A program made the translations under genes and the position numbers. This document shows positions 47,001-62,000 of a stretch of DNA of 64,000 nucleotides, in pieces (positions within the stretch are counted from its first letter, which is position 1; each line of letters opens with the position of its first letter). This DNA is from Balanoglossus misakiensis (lineage: Eukaryota; Animalia; Hemichordata). The notes beneath the pieces are model-generated. The model saw only the letters and a list, made by a program, of their open reading frames with translations. It ran no database searches and was not told the origin of the DNA. The stretch is from the NCBI GenBank assembly GCA_040954595.2, contig CM082594.2, forward strand, positions 6,654,840 through 6,718,839, in the 5' to 3' direction.

Positions 47001-50000
47001 ATGTAGCATTTCCCGTTGCCCCAGGCACAGAAGTTGCCCTGAGTTGTAGTTACGATTACACACTAGTTGGAAGTCCCAACATGACCTGTACCAACTCAAC
47101 AAGTGGTGCGTCATGGGATGTGGAAACTCCCTTCTGTGAAGCAGGTATGTGGCAGATGCAAGTTTCAGGAATATGGTTACCAAAGCAACTCCTACATGTA
47201 TCCACCTATCTATCCATCATAATAGATTTATTGATGAATCAAGCAATCTGCCTGCGTGATTTTTTCACCCCTTTCCAAGTTTTTATCTTTGAAATGTTAC
47301 ATATTGCAAAATAACTGTGCATGATTTCCTCTTTAAATACAGAATGTGACGATGAACCCAGAGAATTCAGCATCAATGGTTCTTGCTATCATACCCCATT
47401 CCCAGAAGACGGAGAAACTAAATTTAGTTGGACAGAAGCAGTCAAATATTGTGAAGATAGGGGTTACTACCTTACTACCATAGGAAGTGCTGAGGAACAT
47501 CAGTTTATTAGGCAGAAGCTGGATTCGAAACTGTACAGCTCAAGCAGGGGAAAGTATTGGGTCGGTGCTACTGACGCTTATGTGGAAGGTTCGTGGCAAT
47601 GGGCTTCAGGTCACCTTTGGACGTATAGCGGTATGTGGCACGGAACCAATCCAAATGGCGGGCCTCTTCAGAATTGTGGTCTGTTAAGGAAAGAAAGCGA
47701 TTGGGATATGCATGATCATGACTGTACACAGTACCGTCATATACTGTGTGAGAGAGGTAAGCTGGCTAATCTCGTGTGAAAGAGGTCGCAGTAAAAACTT
47801 TGACGCTTTCATCGAAAATACTGCGTCAAACCTCTTTTCAGCCTGTGTCATACACATCGCATTCCTTGGATTTTTGAAATGTTGCAATTTTGAATCACAA
47901 AATTAGCTACACCTTGAGTACAAAAGTTTGTGTGAGCTAGTGGTTGTTTTGATCTCACTGAGCTATTTTTAAACATAGTCAGCCAGTAAAGTTTACATTG
48001 ACCGTTCAACTAGATCGGCCGTTTCCTACGCGTCAATGTTGACGCACTGAATAAGATTTTTGCGTCAAGTTAGTATTTTTTGTGTCAAATTATAGGTGAT
48101 CCTGTAAAATGTAATGACCCAGGAGGACTTGAAAATGGATACACAGTGTCAGCCCCAAGCTATCCGGCATATGTTGGACAGTCAGTGGTGTTTGCATGCG
48201 ACAGTGGATACAGATTGGTTGGCAATGAATCCATACTTTGTACTCCCCGACCAACCAATGATGGCTACTACTGGGATTACCCTGTACCTCAGTGCCTTCC
48301 ATCAGGTGAGGAGTTAAGGTCACATAAAGAGGAGAAGCTGTCATTTTGGTGAAGAATTCACCCTTTCACCAGCACCTTTTTTTAAATTACACTATAAAGA
48401 GAACTATTAAAGTTCAGTATGGTTGCAATCTCAATCCAAACAAAGCATTCAACTAATCCCTCCAGAGCTCTTTGTTTTTTTGGATTAGATGACTAAATTG
48501 TGTGTGATATTTTGGCTTTTAAGATTCTACAAATATGGAGTTTACCACTGAGTAGCAGTGATTCATTTGTTGTACAGTACATGCAAATTTCTAACGTACT
48601 TCAATATTGATACATGTAATGGTTTCCTATTCTGTGCACTTTGCTGAAGAAATCCCATTCTTTCCTATTCAGATTGCAGTGAGCAAAACCTGACACTACC
48701 AGCAAACGTGGTTCTGAATGAAGCCACGTATCCTATTGTGAACGGTTCTGTTCTGACATTGGTGTGCGATCCGCTGTACTACGAGATGACTGGAACTCCC
48801 GCGATTGTATGCATCGATGGATCATGGGTAGTGAACGTTTCATGCTCAGGTAACTTTCCTATATAAAGTCAGGTTGAATATACATCCTTGATCTTATTCG
48901 AGCGTTTTGATAATACAGAACCAGTTTCCTGTTTTAACAAATTCTGTAAATTAAGCAGTGAAATTTTCAATTGTAATAAATTTAATTTCATATCACCAAA
49001 GTATCCACCTACTAAGTTTAGTAATTGCATGACTTGCATGGATAATTCGTTTTTCATAATGTCACCTTATTCCCAAACAGAGCCCACATCTACGACTACA
49101 GAAGCAGCAACACCATCACTAGGTAAGTGTCATGTTCTTAGTTTTCTGTGAAAAAGTAAAAAAAAATCACTGCCTATGCCACTATCATTTTTTGTGAGTT
49201 GACGATGGACATCTGGGAGAATAGAAAGTATTGGAAATCCATAACTGATACATCAATTTAGCATGGTCAAATAGAGTAGAGAACTCCACCATCAAACAAA
49301 GTAGCATTAGAAGAAACAGGTTGCAAAGTGAGGAATCCATACATCCACTGGTGATTATCTTGACAACTAACAAAGCACTCCATTGTTGAACGTTGCAGTC
49401 GTAAATCTGGCTTTGAATCGACCATCATCACAGAGCTCAACTGATTTCAGTGGAGGAGCTGACAGAGCCAATGATGGTAACACCGCCAATGACTACTCAG
49501 ATGGTAGTTGTTCACACACAGCACAACAGACAGACCCATGGTGGATGGTGTTCCTGGATGGGTTCTATGACATTGAAGAAATTGTTATCACAAACCGAGA
49601 TGTGTTGGGTGAGGATATTATTCTTGTATTTTAATTAAAATGTCTTTTTTTTGGACACATGGTAGGGTGGCTGCATTTTTGTGATCAAATCAGTAATAAA
49701 ATTGAGCTGATTCTGATTATAAAAACTACATTATCACTTAGTTGGTAAAATCCTGCACCTACACGTATGAAAGTAATGAATGTTGTTGTTTTTTGTTTCA
49801 GGGGATCGTCTGCTTGGTGCTGAAGTTCGAGTTGGGACATCTGAAGTGCTATCTGAGAATGAATTGTGTGGTGTTCTGGACGGCTCAACTGCAGATGGAC
49901 CGGATAAGTTCAGGCTTAATTGCACTGGTTTGATTGGCAATATCGTCTCAATCCAACTACTCGGGACGGACAAGTACCTGACACTCTGTGAAGTGGAAGT

Positions 50001-53000
50001 TTATGGATTCTGTTAGTATACCGTACTTCTGTTTTTATATTGGTAGCTCCAATTCTTAAAAAAAAGATCTTTTCTCAAGATTTTTTCTTTGAATTGATCT
50101 TTTCTTTGAATTGACTTTTGACAGTGCAACCAACGACGCCTCCAACAACAGAAGATTACACAACTGTAGAAATGGTGACGACACCAATATTCACCACAGA
50201 AGAAATTACAACACCACAGTCTACGACAGAAGAAGTGACTACTCTACTGCCAAGTACGGACGTGACGACACCAATATTCACTACGGAAGAAATAACAACA
50301 CCACAGTCTACGACAGAAGAGGTGACTACTCTACCGCCAAGTACGGAGGTGACGACACCAATATTCACCACAGAAGAAATAACAACACCACAGTCTACGA
50401 CAGAAGAAGTGACTACTTTACTGCCAAGTACGGAGGTGACGACACCAATATTCACCACGGAAGAAATAACAACACCAGAGTCTACAACTGAAGAAGTGAC
50501 AACACCGTTACCAAGTACAGAGATGACAACGCCAATATCCACCACTGTGGAAGTAACAACATCTTTGCCTACAACAGAAAAAGTGACGACAATTCAGCCC
50601 AGTACAACACAGCCGACGACACAGTTGCCCAGCACCACACCAGGGATTACCACACAAGTTCCTACAACGACAAAAGCCACAACATCTCCCATCACCATAG
50701 TTACAACTGTATTGCCGTCGACAACCCCAAGTATGTTTTAAGAGAATACTGTCAAATGAAAAATTTCATTCTGTGATGATTAAATTTAGTGTTCTCTTTA
50801 TCTCCAAATAACATTGCATTGTAAACATTGTTATTTCGCGACTATTTATTATGTACATTTGGCTCTTGCGAAGTTCACGAAAATTTAGTGTTCACGAAAA
50901 GTTCCTGTTTTACAGATTGCTAGGACTTTCTCTTTGGAGATTATATGCAGGCTATGGTGACATTGGGAATAGTTTTGTCATATGTATGTTTCCTTGCGCA
51001 AAACAGAAGAATAAATGAAACTAAACTGTGTACCAATCTTTGGTTTCCCTACAGTCATTGCATGTGGAAATCCTGGCATTCCTGCATATGCTTCCGTCAT
51101 CCCAGAAGACATAACATTTCCTGTTCAGCCTGGTGTTGAAATTTTCTTCAGCTGTTGTGCAGACTATGAACTTGTTGGAAATTCGAATTTAACATGTTTG
51201 TCTGATGGTTCGTGGGATTTCAACACACCATTTTGTAACCCAGGTATGTGTAAAGTCATTGACCAGTTACTGATGTTCATGGACAGTCCATTCATTTAAC
51301 ACCAGATTTTAAACCCAAAGCAGTTAATGCAATAAACAGTTTGTCTTTGAGATTGGAAATAGCTGCATTGAACTTTGGAGACAAAGGTCTAAGTTCGAAC
51401 ATTTCAGAAAATTCTGTCCTTTAAACGATACTAAACAATACAGCGGTGTTAGCCCTTACAGGACTATGACATTTCGTCAAATTGGTATTGTCCTGTCAAT
51501 TCAAAATATTCTATTCTCACAAAACGGTCAGCTTTAATAAATTGTTGACAGCTGCCCACAGTAAAAATCGTAGCAACAATGCAAATCAATCAGTTTTTTA
51601 AGGTTTATTTCACTCTTTACTTCAGTCTGCAAACCAGAAGAAGCATCATTCGATGGTTCCTGCTATCACATTCCACTTACCAAAGATGGTGCAAACCTCA
51701 GAAGTGACTTTTATGGAGCCGATGAATATTGTCAAAGTCAAGGGTATTATTTGGCTAGTATTGGTAGTTCTGGTGAACATGAGTTTATAAAATCTGTTCT
51801 GAGGAGCGATCCTTTCTATAAATGGCGATATTTCACTGGAGCAACAAGGGTAAATGGAGAATGGATATGGGTGTCAGGCCATCAATGGACCTATGAACCA
51901 TGGCGTGACACTATTGATCCACCAGAACCAAACGATGGGGAAATAAAACAATGTGCTGTTCTAATAAAGACTCATCAAGACACATATGACATGGAAGACA
52001 GGGAATGTGACAAGCCAAGATATATACTTTGCGAAAGAGGTATGTTTAAAGTCATTACTACATGTTGATGAGGAAAGAACTCTCTGATTCCTGGTCAAAT
52101 ATAAATATTTCAGTTCAATTTCATGTGTAATTGATCCCTTCATACCAATGTGAAATTTTCACTTGTATACATCTGATCTTTTCACTGATATTTGTTTATT
52201 CAGGCAATACAATTCTGTGTGAAGATCCTGGTGTGCCTGTTGATGGACAACTTATCACTTCAATCACCTTTCCTGCCATTATGGGTCAGACAATTTCTTT
52301 TACATGCAATGATGGCTATGAGCTGATTGGAAGTGAAACCATTTTCTGTGAAGCAGTTGGAAACATAACTTGCCCAACTGGATTCAGATGGAATGATACA
52401 TTACCTTTATGTGTCCCACCAAGTGAGCCATTTTATATAACATTATGATGATTTCATTTTGGAAGTGTGAAGTGTTCATTTGTTGTGAACAATATCAGAA
52501 ATACAATATTTAAATAATCGTGTAAAGTTTGTCAAAACACAAAGTTAAATTTGCAAGAAATCATCTCTGACTTGTCACAGACCTTCTAATGTAATGACCA
52601 TAACTTTTCACAAATTATTCAGCTGTGTGCTTGGAACCACAACTGGTAGACCCTGTCATCTTAAGATACAGTGTGAGGTTCCCCGTTGATGATGGAACTG
52701 TTTTGCCAGTAATCTGCAATCCTTCATACTACATCTTGAATGGAGATACCACAATAACCTGTGTAAATGGCACTTGGGAAGGTGAAGCTAACTGTACAGG
52801 TAAGTTAGTTACTTTTGACTTCATCTCACAGCTGAGATTGATGTGACGGTAGTCCGGAAAATATGTTGTGATTTGTACCTCATGACAGAATGAAACGTCA
52901 TTTAATAATATTATGAAATAATTCTTTCATGTTGCAGAAACTACAACGCTGGAACCAGAAACTACCATGCCATTTACAGGAGCACCATGCAGTCTAGGTA

Positions 53001-56000
53001 ATATTTGATTTGGCATACTTGACCAGAAAAAAATAACCAACATGCTACATGTACACTACTTTACTTAAATATAGCAACAAGTATATGGCACTATGAGTTT
53101 GTATTTTAATTTGGGAATTTACCTATTTCGCTTCAGGTAATAACCTGGCTCTTGGACAGCCATCTGGGCAAAGCTCAGTTGATGGTTTTGGGTCGCCTAG
53201 TCTGGCAAATGATGGGGATGATGACAGTGACTATTTCAGTTGTACTCACACCTTATCGGAGAAGAATCCCTGGTGGAAAGTCAAACTTGATGGTGTTTAC
53301 ACAGTATCCACAATTACTATCATGAATGGAGGAGAGTCCTTTGGTGAGTGTAATACAACACTTAATGTCATACTTCATGTGAGGTGCACCTAATTCTCTA
53401 GAGTGGTTACGTCTATTTCGATGACAGGTTATATGTAACGTGTACAATTGTTAGCAGACTGGTTTGATGTTGAGTGTAAGGAAACCTCATGTATTAGTGT
53501 AGAAAGGCAACATGATATATATAATTCTTCTATTACCAAAAACAGACAACATAGAAGTCCGAGTTGGATATGAGGAAACACTCTACACTAATACCCCATG
53601 CCAAATGCTTGGAAATGTGTCGAGTGGTGTGGAATTCCTTTGTGAAGATGATGGGAACTATGTTCAAGTACGACAGATTGGTGAAAATGTACAGCTGACA
53701 TTATGTGAAGTACAGATTTGTGGATATGGTAAGTATCATGGAATATCAAACATAAATATTAAGATACATACATACATACATACATACATACATACATACA
53801 TACATACATACATACATACATACATACATACATACATACATACATACATACATACATACATACATACATACATACATACATACATACATACGTAGGTACA
53901 TACATACATAGGTACATACATACATACATGCATACATACGTACATACATACATACATTCATACATACATACTCAATAATAGTGTACTGTTGTGTAATTGA
54001 GTATCAAACAAGGTCATAATTATATTTTCAGTGACATCAACAACACCACCAACTACTGAAATGTACACAACTACTGAATTTTCTACAACTGTTGAAATTA
54101 CTACATCAGAAATACCATCTAGTACTGTTGCTACATCGGAATTTACAACAGTAGATGAAACTACAGAGATTTCGTCCACATTACTCATTTCCACAGAAGG
54201 TAGGTCTATACTAATTGCATATGAATGATCCTAACAAACAAGTTCAAAAGATAAGATGCAGTAAATTCTGATTTTTAGTAATGAGTCATCTTTTAAGAAA
54301 ATAATATCTATTTTTTTCCATCGTTCATCTTTTACTTACAATTAATCGTACTTCGGATAAAAGAAACTACAGCCCCAATCACCACAATGGAACAGACTAC
54401 AGTACAAGATACAACTGAGTTATCTACACCAGAAGTTACAACACCAGATGTTACATCACCAGACGTTACAACACCAGTTGTTACAACACCAGATGTTACA
54501 TCACCAGAAGTTACATCACCAGAAGTTACAACACCAGAAGTTACAACACCAGAAGTTACATCACTAGAAGTTACATCACCAGAAGTTACATCACTAGAAG
54601 TTACATCACCAGAAGTTACAACACCAGAAGTTACAACACCAGAAGTTACATCACTAGAAGTTACATCACCAGAAGTTACAACACCAGAAGTTACAACACC
54701 AGAAGTTTCAACACCAGTTCCAACATCACCAGAAGTTACGACACCACTTGTTTCATCACTGTTACTTTCAACAGAAGAAGTTACTACTGCATATAAGTCA
54801 ACACTTGCTGCTTCCACTGAAGGTATGATTGACAAAATGGATTTTTACAATCAATGGCGAACTTTTGTGAGATTAACAAGTACATGAGTAATGATGACAC
54901 ATAACAATATGCATTTTTTTTGTCAATGATGTTTCAGCTCCAACAACAAGACTTCAGACATCACAGCATTCAACCAGTACCCCAACAGCAGCACCAACCA
55001 CAATTGTACAAGTCACAACAACTGCAATGATAACACCAACTGAAGGTACATGTCATCACGTTTAATTGAGTGGATTTATAGAAGTGCAACACTAACAATG
55101 TGTCTTTCATTTTAAACTGTTTTGTAACCTAAAAAAATATCAATTCTCTCCCTTTTCTCTACAGCTGCAGTATGTGGACACCCTGGTGTTCCTGCATATG
55201 GTTTCATCCTTCCAGAAAACATAACATTTCCTGTTCAGCCTGACGTAGAAGTTAGTTTTGGTTGTTGTGAATCCTATGAACTTGTTGGAAGTGTGACTTT
55301 AACATGTATGGGTGATGGTTCTTGGGACTTCAACACACCAGTGTGTAATCCAGGTAAGTTTTTGACTCAATAAGGTATAGACATGTTCTGCTCTAATGGC
55401 CATAACAGCATGCTTTTTTGAAGATATTTCTTTGGAAGTTTCTAAACAGGTGGATTCTGTCCTTATTCAACTTGCATTTTAGTCTGCAAGCCCTGGCCAG
55501 AAGAAGTATCATTCGATGGTTCCTGCTACCACATTCCACTTACCAAAGATGGTGCAAATCTCAGAAGTGACTTTTATGGAGCCGATGAATATTGCCAAAG
55601 TCAAGGGTATTATTTGGCTAGTATTGGTAGTTCTGGTGAACATGAGTTTATAAAATCGACTCTGAGGAGCGATCCTTTCTATAAATGGCGATATTTCACT
55701 GGAGCAACAAGGGTAAATGGAGAATGGATATGGGTATCAGGCCATCAATGGACCTATGAACCATGGCGTGACACTATTGATCCACCAGAACCAAACGATG
55801 GGGAAATAAAACAATGTGCTGTTCTAATAAAGACTCATCAAGACACATATGACATGGAAGACAGGGAATGTGACAAGCCAAGATATATACTTTGCGAAAG
55901 AGGTATAAAATCATTAAAATTTACTATGTTAATGATGAAAGAACTCTCTGATTCCTGATCAAAACTAAAAATTTCACTTAATTTCATGTGTTATTGATCC

Positions 56001-59000
56001 CACCATACCAACGTGAAATTTTCAACTGTATACATCAAATCTTCTCATTGATATTTGTTCCTTCAGGCAATACAATTCTGTGTGAAGATCCTGGTGTGCC
56101 TGTTGATGGACAACTTATCACTTCAATCACCTTTCCTGCCTTTATGGGTCAGACAATTTCGTTTACATGCAATGCTGGCTATGAGCTGATTGGAAGTGAA
56201 ACCATACTCTGTGAAGCAGTTGGAAACATAACTTGCCCAACTGGATACAGATGGAATGATACATTACCCTTATGTGTCCCACCAAGTGAGTCATTTTATA
56301 TAACATTACAATGATTTCAGTTTGTCAAAATTTACAGTAAAATTTACAAGAAATCATCACTGACTTGTCACAGATGTTCTAATGTAATGACCATAACTTC
56401 TCACAAATTATTCAGCTGTGTGCTTGGAACCACAACTGGTAGACCCTGTCATCTTAAGATACACTGTGAGATTCCCTGTTGATGATGGAACTGTTTTGCC
56501 AGTAATCTGCAATCCTTCATACTACATCTTGAATGGAGATCCCACAATAACATGTGTAAATGGCACTTGGGAAGGTGAAGCTAACTGTACAGGTAAGTTA
56601 GTTACTTTTGACTTCATCTCACAGCTGAGATTGATGTGACGGTAGTTTGGAAAATATGTTGTGATTTCTACCTTATGATACAATGAAACGTCATTTAATA
56701 ATATTATGAAATAATTCTTTCATGTTGCAGAAACTACAACGCTTGAACCAGAAACTACCACACCATTAACAGGAGCACCATGCAGTCTAGGTAATATTTG
56801 ATTTGTGCATATCTGACCCGAAAGAAAATACCAACACACTACATGTACCCGGTATACTATTTTACTTGAATTTAGCATAATATATGCACATTAACAAGTA
56901 TATGGCACTACAAGTTTGTATTTTAAATTTGCGAATTTACCTATTTCGCTTAAGGTAATAACCTGGCTCTTGGACAGCCATCTGGTCAGAGCTCAGTTGC
57001 TGGTTTTGGGTCGCCTAGTCTGGCAAATGATGGGGATGATGACAGTGACTATTTCAGTTGTACTCACACCTTATCGGAGAAGAATCCCTGGTGGAAAGTC
57101 AAACTTGATGGTGTTTACACAGTATCCACAATTACAATCATGAATGGAGGAGAGTCCTTTGGTGAGTGTAATAGAACAGTTAATTTCATACTTGAAGTGA
57201 GGTGCTTCAATTCTCTAGAGTGGTCATGTCTATTTCGATGATAGGTTATATGTAACATGTACAATTGTTAGCAGACTGGTCTGATGTTGAGTGTAAGGAA
57301 ACCTCATGTATTAGTGTAGAAAGGCAACATGATGTATAACATTCTTCTATTACCATAAACAGACAACATAGAAGTCCGAGTTGGATATGAGGAAACACTT
57401 TACACTAATACCCCATGTACTATACTGGGAAATGTGTCGAGTGGTGTGGAATTCCTTTGTGAAGAGGATGGAAACTATGTCCAAGTACAACTTATTGGTG
57501 ACAATGTAGAGTTAACGTTATGTGAAGTTCAGATTTGTGGATATGGTAAGTAAATCAATAGATTATATACATGGAAAAACTGAAACATACATACATACAT
57601 ACATACATACATACATACATACATACATACATACATACATACATACATACATACATACATACATACATACATACATACATACATACATACATACATACAT
57701 ACATACTCAATAATAGTGTACTGTTGTGTAATTGAATATTAAACAAGGTCATAATTATATTTTCAGTGACATCAACAACACCACCAACTACTGAAATGTA
57801 CACAACTACTGAATTTTCTACAACTGTTGAAATTACTACATCAGAAATACCATCTAGTACTGTTGCTACATCGGACTTTACAACAGTAGATGAAACTACA
57901 GAGATTTCGTCCACATTACTCATTTCCACAGAAGGTAGGTCTATACTAATTGCATATGAATGATCCTAACAAACAAGTTCAAAAGATGCAGTAAATGCAG
58001 TAAATTCTAATTTTTAGTAATGAGTCATCTTTTAAGAAAATAATATCTATTTTTTTCCATCGTTCATCTTTTACTTAAAATTAATCGTACTTCCGATAAA
58101 AGAAACTACAGCCCAAATCACCACAATGGAACAGACTACAGTACAAGATACAACTGAGTTATCTACACCAGTTGTTACAACACCAGAAGTTACATCACTA
58201 GAAGTTACAACACCGGATGTTACATCACCAGAAGTTACATCACCAGAAGTTACAACACCAGAAGTTACAACACCAGAAGTTACAACACCAGAAGTTACAA
58301 CACCAGAAGTTACATCACCAGAAGTTACATCACCAGAAGTTACAACACCAGAAGTTACATCACCAGAAGTTACAACACCAGAAGTTACAACACCAGAAGT
58401 TACAACACCAGAAGTTACATCACCAGAAGTTACAACACCAGTTGTTACAACACCGGATGTTACATCACCAGAAGTTACAACACCAGAAGTTACATCACCA
58501 GAAGTTACAACACCAGAAGTTACAACACCAGAAGTTACAACACCAGAAGTTACAACACCAGAAGTTACAACACCAGAAGTTACATCACTAGAAGTTACAT
58601 CACCAGAAGTTACAACACCAGAAGTTACAACACCAGAAGTTACATCACTAGAAGTTACATCACCAGAAGTTACAACACCAGAAGTTACAACACCAGAAGT
58701 TACATCACCAGAAGTTACAACACCAGAAGTTACAACACCAGAAGTTACAACACCAGAAGTTACATCACTAGAAGTTACATCACCAGAAGTTACAACACCA
58801 GAAGTTACAACATCAGAAGTTACAACACCAGTTGTTACATCACCAGACGTTACAACACCAGCTGTTTCATCACCGTTACTTTCAACAGAAGAAGTTACTA
58901 CTGCATATAAGTCAACACTTGCTGCTTCCACTGAAGGTATGATTTGACAAAATGGATTTTTACAATCAATGGCGAACTTTTGTGAGATTAACAAGTACAT

Positions 59001-62000
59001 GAGTAATGATGATATATAACAATATGCATTTTTTTGTCAATGATGTTTCAGCTCCAACAACAAGACTTCAGACATCACAGCTTTCAACCAGTACCCCAAC
59101 AGCAGCACCAACCACAATTAAACAAGACACAACAACTGCAATGATTACACCAACTGAAGGTACATGTCATCACGTTTCATTGAGTGGATTTATAGAAGTG
59201 CATCACTAACAATGTGTCTTTCATTTTAAACTGTTTTGTAACCTAAAAAAATATCAATTCTCTCCCTTTTCTCTACAGCTGCAGTATGTGGACACCCTGG
59301 TGTTCCTGCATATGGTTTCATCCTTCCAGAAAACATATCATTTCCTGTTCAGCCTGACGTAGAAGTTAGTTTTGGTTGTTGTGAAACCTATGAACTTGTT
59401 GGAAGTGTGACTTTAACATGTTTGGGTGATGGTTCTTGGGACTTCAACACACCAGTGTGTAATCCAGGTAAGTTTTTGACTCAATAAGGTATAGACATGT
59501 TCTGCTCTAATGGCCATAACAGCATGCTTTTTTGAAGATATTTCTTTGGAAGTTTCTAAACAGGTGGATTCTGTCCTTATTCAACTTGCATTTTAGTCTG
59601 CAAGCCCTGGCCAGAAGAAGTATCATTCGATGGTTCCTGCTATCACATTCCACTTACCAAAGATGGTGCAAACCTCAGAAGTGACTTTTATGGAGCCGAT
59701 GAATATTGCCAAAGTCAAGGGTATTATTTGGCTAGTATTGGTAGTTCTGGTGAACACGAGTTTATAAAATCGACTCTGAGGAGCGATCCTTTCTATAAAT
59801 GGCGATATTTCACTGGAGCAACAAGGGTAAATGGAGAATGGATATGGGTATCAGGCCATCAATGGACCTATGAACCATGGCGTGACACTATTGATCCACC
59901 AGAACCAAACGATGGGGAAATAAAACAATGTGCTGTTCTAATAAAGACTCATCAAGACACATATGACATGGAAGACAGGGAATGTGACAAGCCAAGATAT
60001 ATACTTTGCGAAAGAGGTATAAAATCATTAAAATTTACTATGTTAATGATGAAAGAACTCTCTGATTCCTGATCAAAACTAAAAATTTCACTTAATTTCA
60101 TGTGTTATTGATCCCACCATACCAACGTGAAATTTTCAACTGTATACATCAAATCTTCTCATTGATATTTGTTCCTTCAGGCAATACAATTCTGTGTGAA
60201 GATCCTGGTGTGCCTGTTGATGGACAACTTATCACTTCAATCACCTTTCCTGCCTTTATGGGTCAGACAATTTCGTTTACATGCAATGCTGGCTATGAGC
60301 TGATTGGAAGTGAAACCATACTCTGTGAAGCAGTTGGAAACATAACTTGCCCAACTGGATACAGATGGAATGATACATTACCCTTATGTGTCCCACCAAG
60401 TGAGTCATTTTATATAACATTACAATGATTTCAGTTTGTCAAAATTTACAGTAAAATTTACAAGAAATCATCACTGACTTGTCACAGATGTTCTAATGTA
60501 ATGACCATAACTTCTCACAAATTATTCAGCTGTGTGCTTGGAACCACAACTGGTAGACCCTGTCATCTTAAGATACACTGTGAGATTCCCTGTTGATGAT
60601 GGAACTGTTTTGCCAGTAATCTGCAATCCTTCATACTACATCTTGAATGGAGATCCCACAATAACATGTGTAAATGGCACTTGGGAAGGTGAAGCTAACT
60701 GTACAGGTAAGTTAGTTACTTTTGACTTCATCTCACAGCTGAGATTGATGTGACGGTAGTTTGGAAAATATGTTGTGATTTCTACCTTATGATACAATGA
60801 AACGTCATTTAATAATATTATGAAATAATTCTTTCATGTTGCAGAAACTACAACGCTTGAACCAGAAACTACCACACCATTAACAGGAGCACCATGCAGT
60901 CTAGGTAATATTTGATTTGTGCATATCTGACCCGAAAGAAAATACCAACACACTACATGTACCCGGTATACTATTTTACTTGAATTTAGCATAATATATG
61001 CACATTAACAAGTATATGGCACTACGAGTTTGTATTTTAAATTTGCGAATTTACCTATTTCGCTTCAGGTAATAACCTGGCTCTTGGACAGCCATCTGGT
61101 CAAAGCTCAGTTGCTGGTTTTGGGTCGCCTAGTCTGGCAAATGATGGGGATGATGACAGTGACTATTTCAGTTGTACTCACACCTTATCGGAGAAGGATC
61201 CCTGGTGGAAAGTCAAACTTGATGGTGTTTACACAGTATCCACAATTACAATCATGAATGGAGGAGAGTCCTTTGGTGAGTGTAATAGAACAGTTAATTT
61301 CATACTTGAAGTGAGGTGCTTCAATTCTCTAGAGTGGTCATGTCTATTTCGATGATAGGTTATATGTAACATGTACAATTGTTAGCAGACTGGTCTGATG
61401 TTGAGTGTAAGGAAACCTCATGTATTAGTGTAGAAAGGCAACATGATATATAACATTCTTCTATTACCATAAACAGACAACATAGAAGTCCGAGTTGGAT
61501 ATGAGGAAACACTTTACACTAATACCCCATGTACTATACTGGGAAATGTGTCGAGTGGTGTGGAATTCCTTTGTGAAGAGGATGGAAACTATGTCCAAGT
61601 ACAACTTATTGGTGACAATGTAGAGTTAACGTTATGTGAAGTTCAGATTTGTGGATATGGTAAGTAAATCAATAGATTATATACATGGAAAAACTTAAAC
61701 ATACATACATACATACATACATACATACATACATACATACATACATACATACATACATACATACATACATACATACATACATACATACATACATACATAC
61801 ATACATACTCAATAATAGTGTACTGTTGTGTAATTGAATATCAAACAAGGTCATAATTATATTTTCAGTGACATCAACAACACCACCAACTACTGAAATG
61901 TACACAACTACTGAATTTTCTACAACTGTTGAAATTACTACATCAGAAATACCATCTAGTACTGTTGCTACATCGGACTTTACAACAGTAGATGAAACTA

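Larger units (their letters stand above)
42165..50730 (+). repeat. Older cassette pair: unit 1 (42165-46636) and unit 2 (46938-50730)
   Basis: Same exon order with paralogous proteins (YQCENPGIPPAYGSITN vs YQCDNPGVPPAYGSITN; GMWHGTNPNGG in both CLECTs). Introns are not visibly alignable beyond their edges. Confidence 0.9.

Noticed and set aside
56945-56956. Possible inactivating splice mutation in unit 4 (cttaag instead of cttcag)
   Set aside because: The AG dinucleotide is intact and AAG acceptors are used elsewhere in these genes (40136-40138, 54361-54363); no evidence of pseudogenisation.
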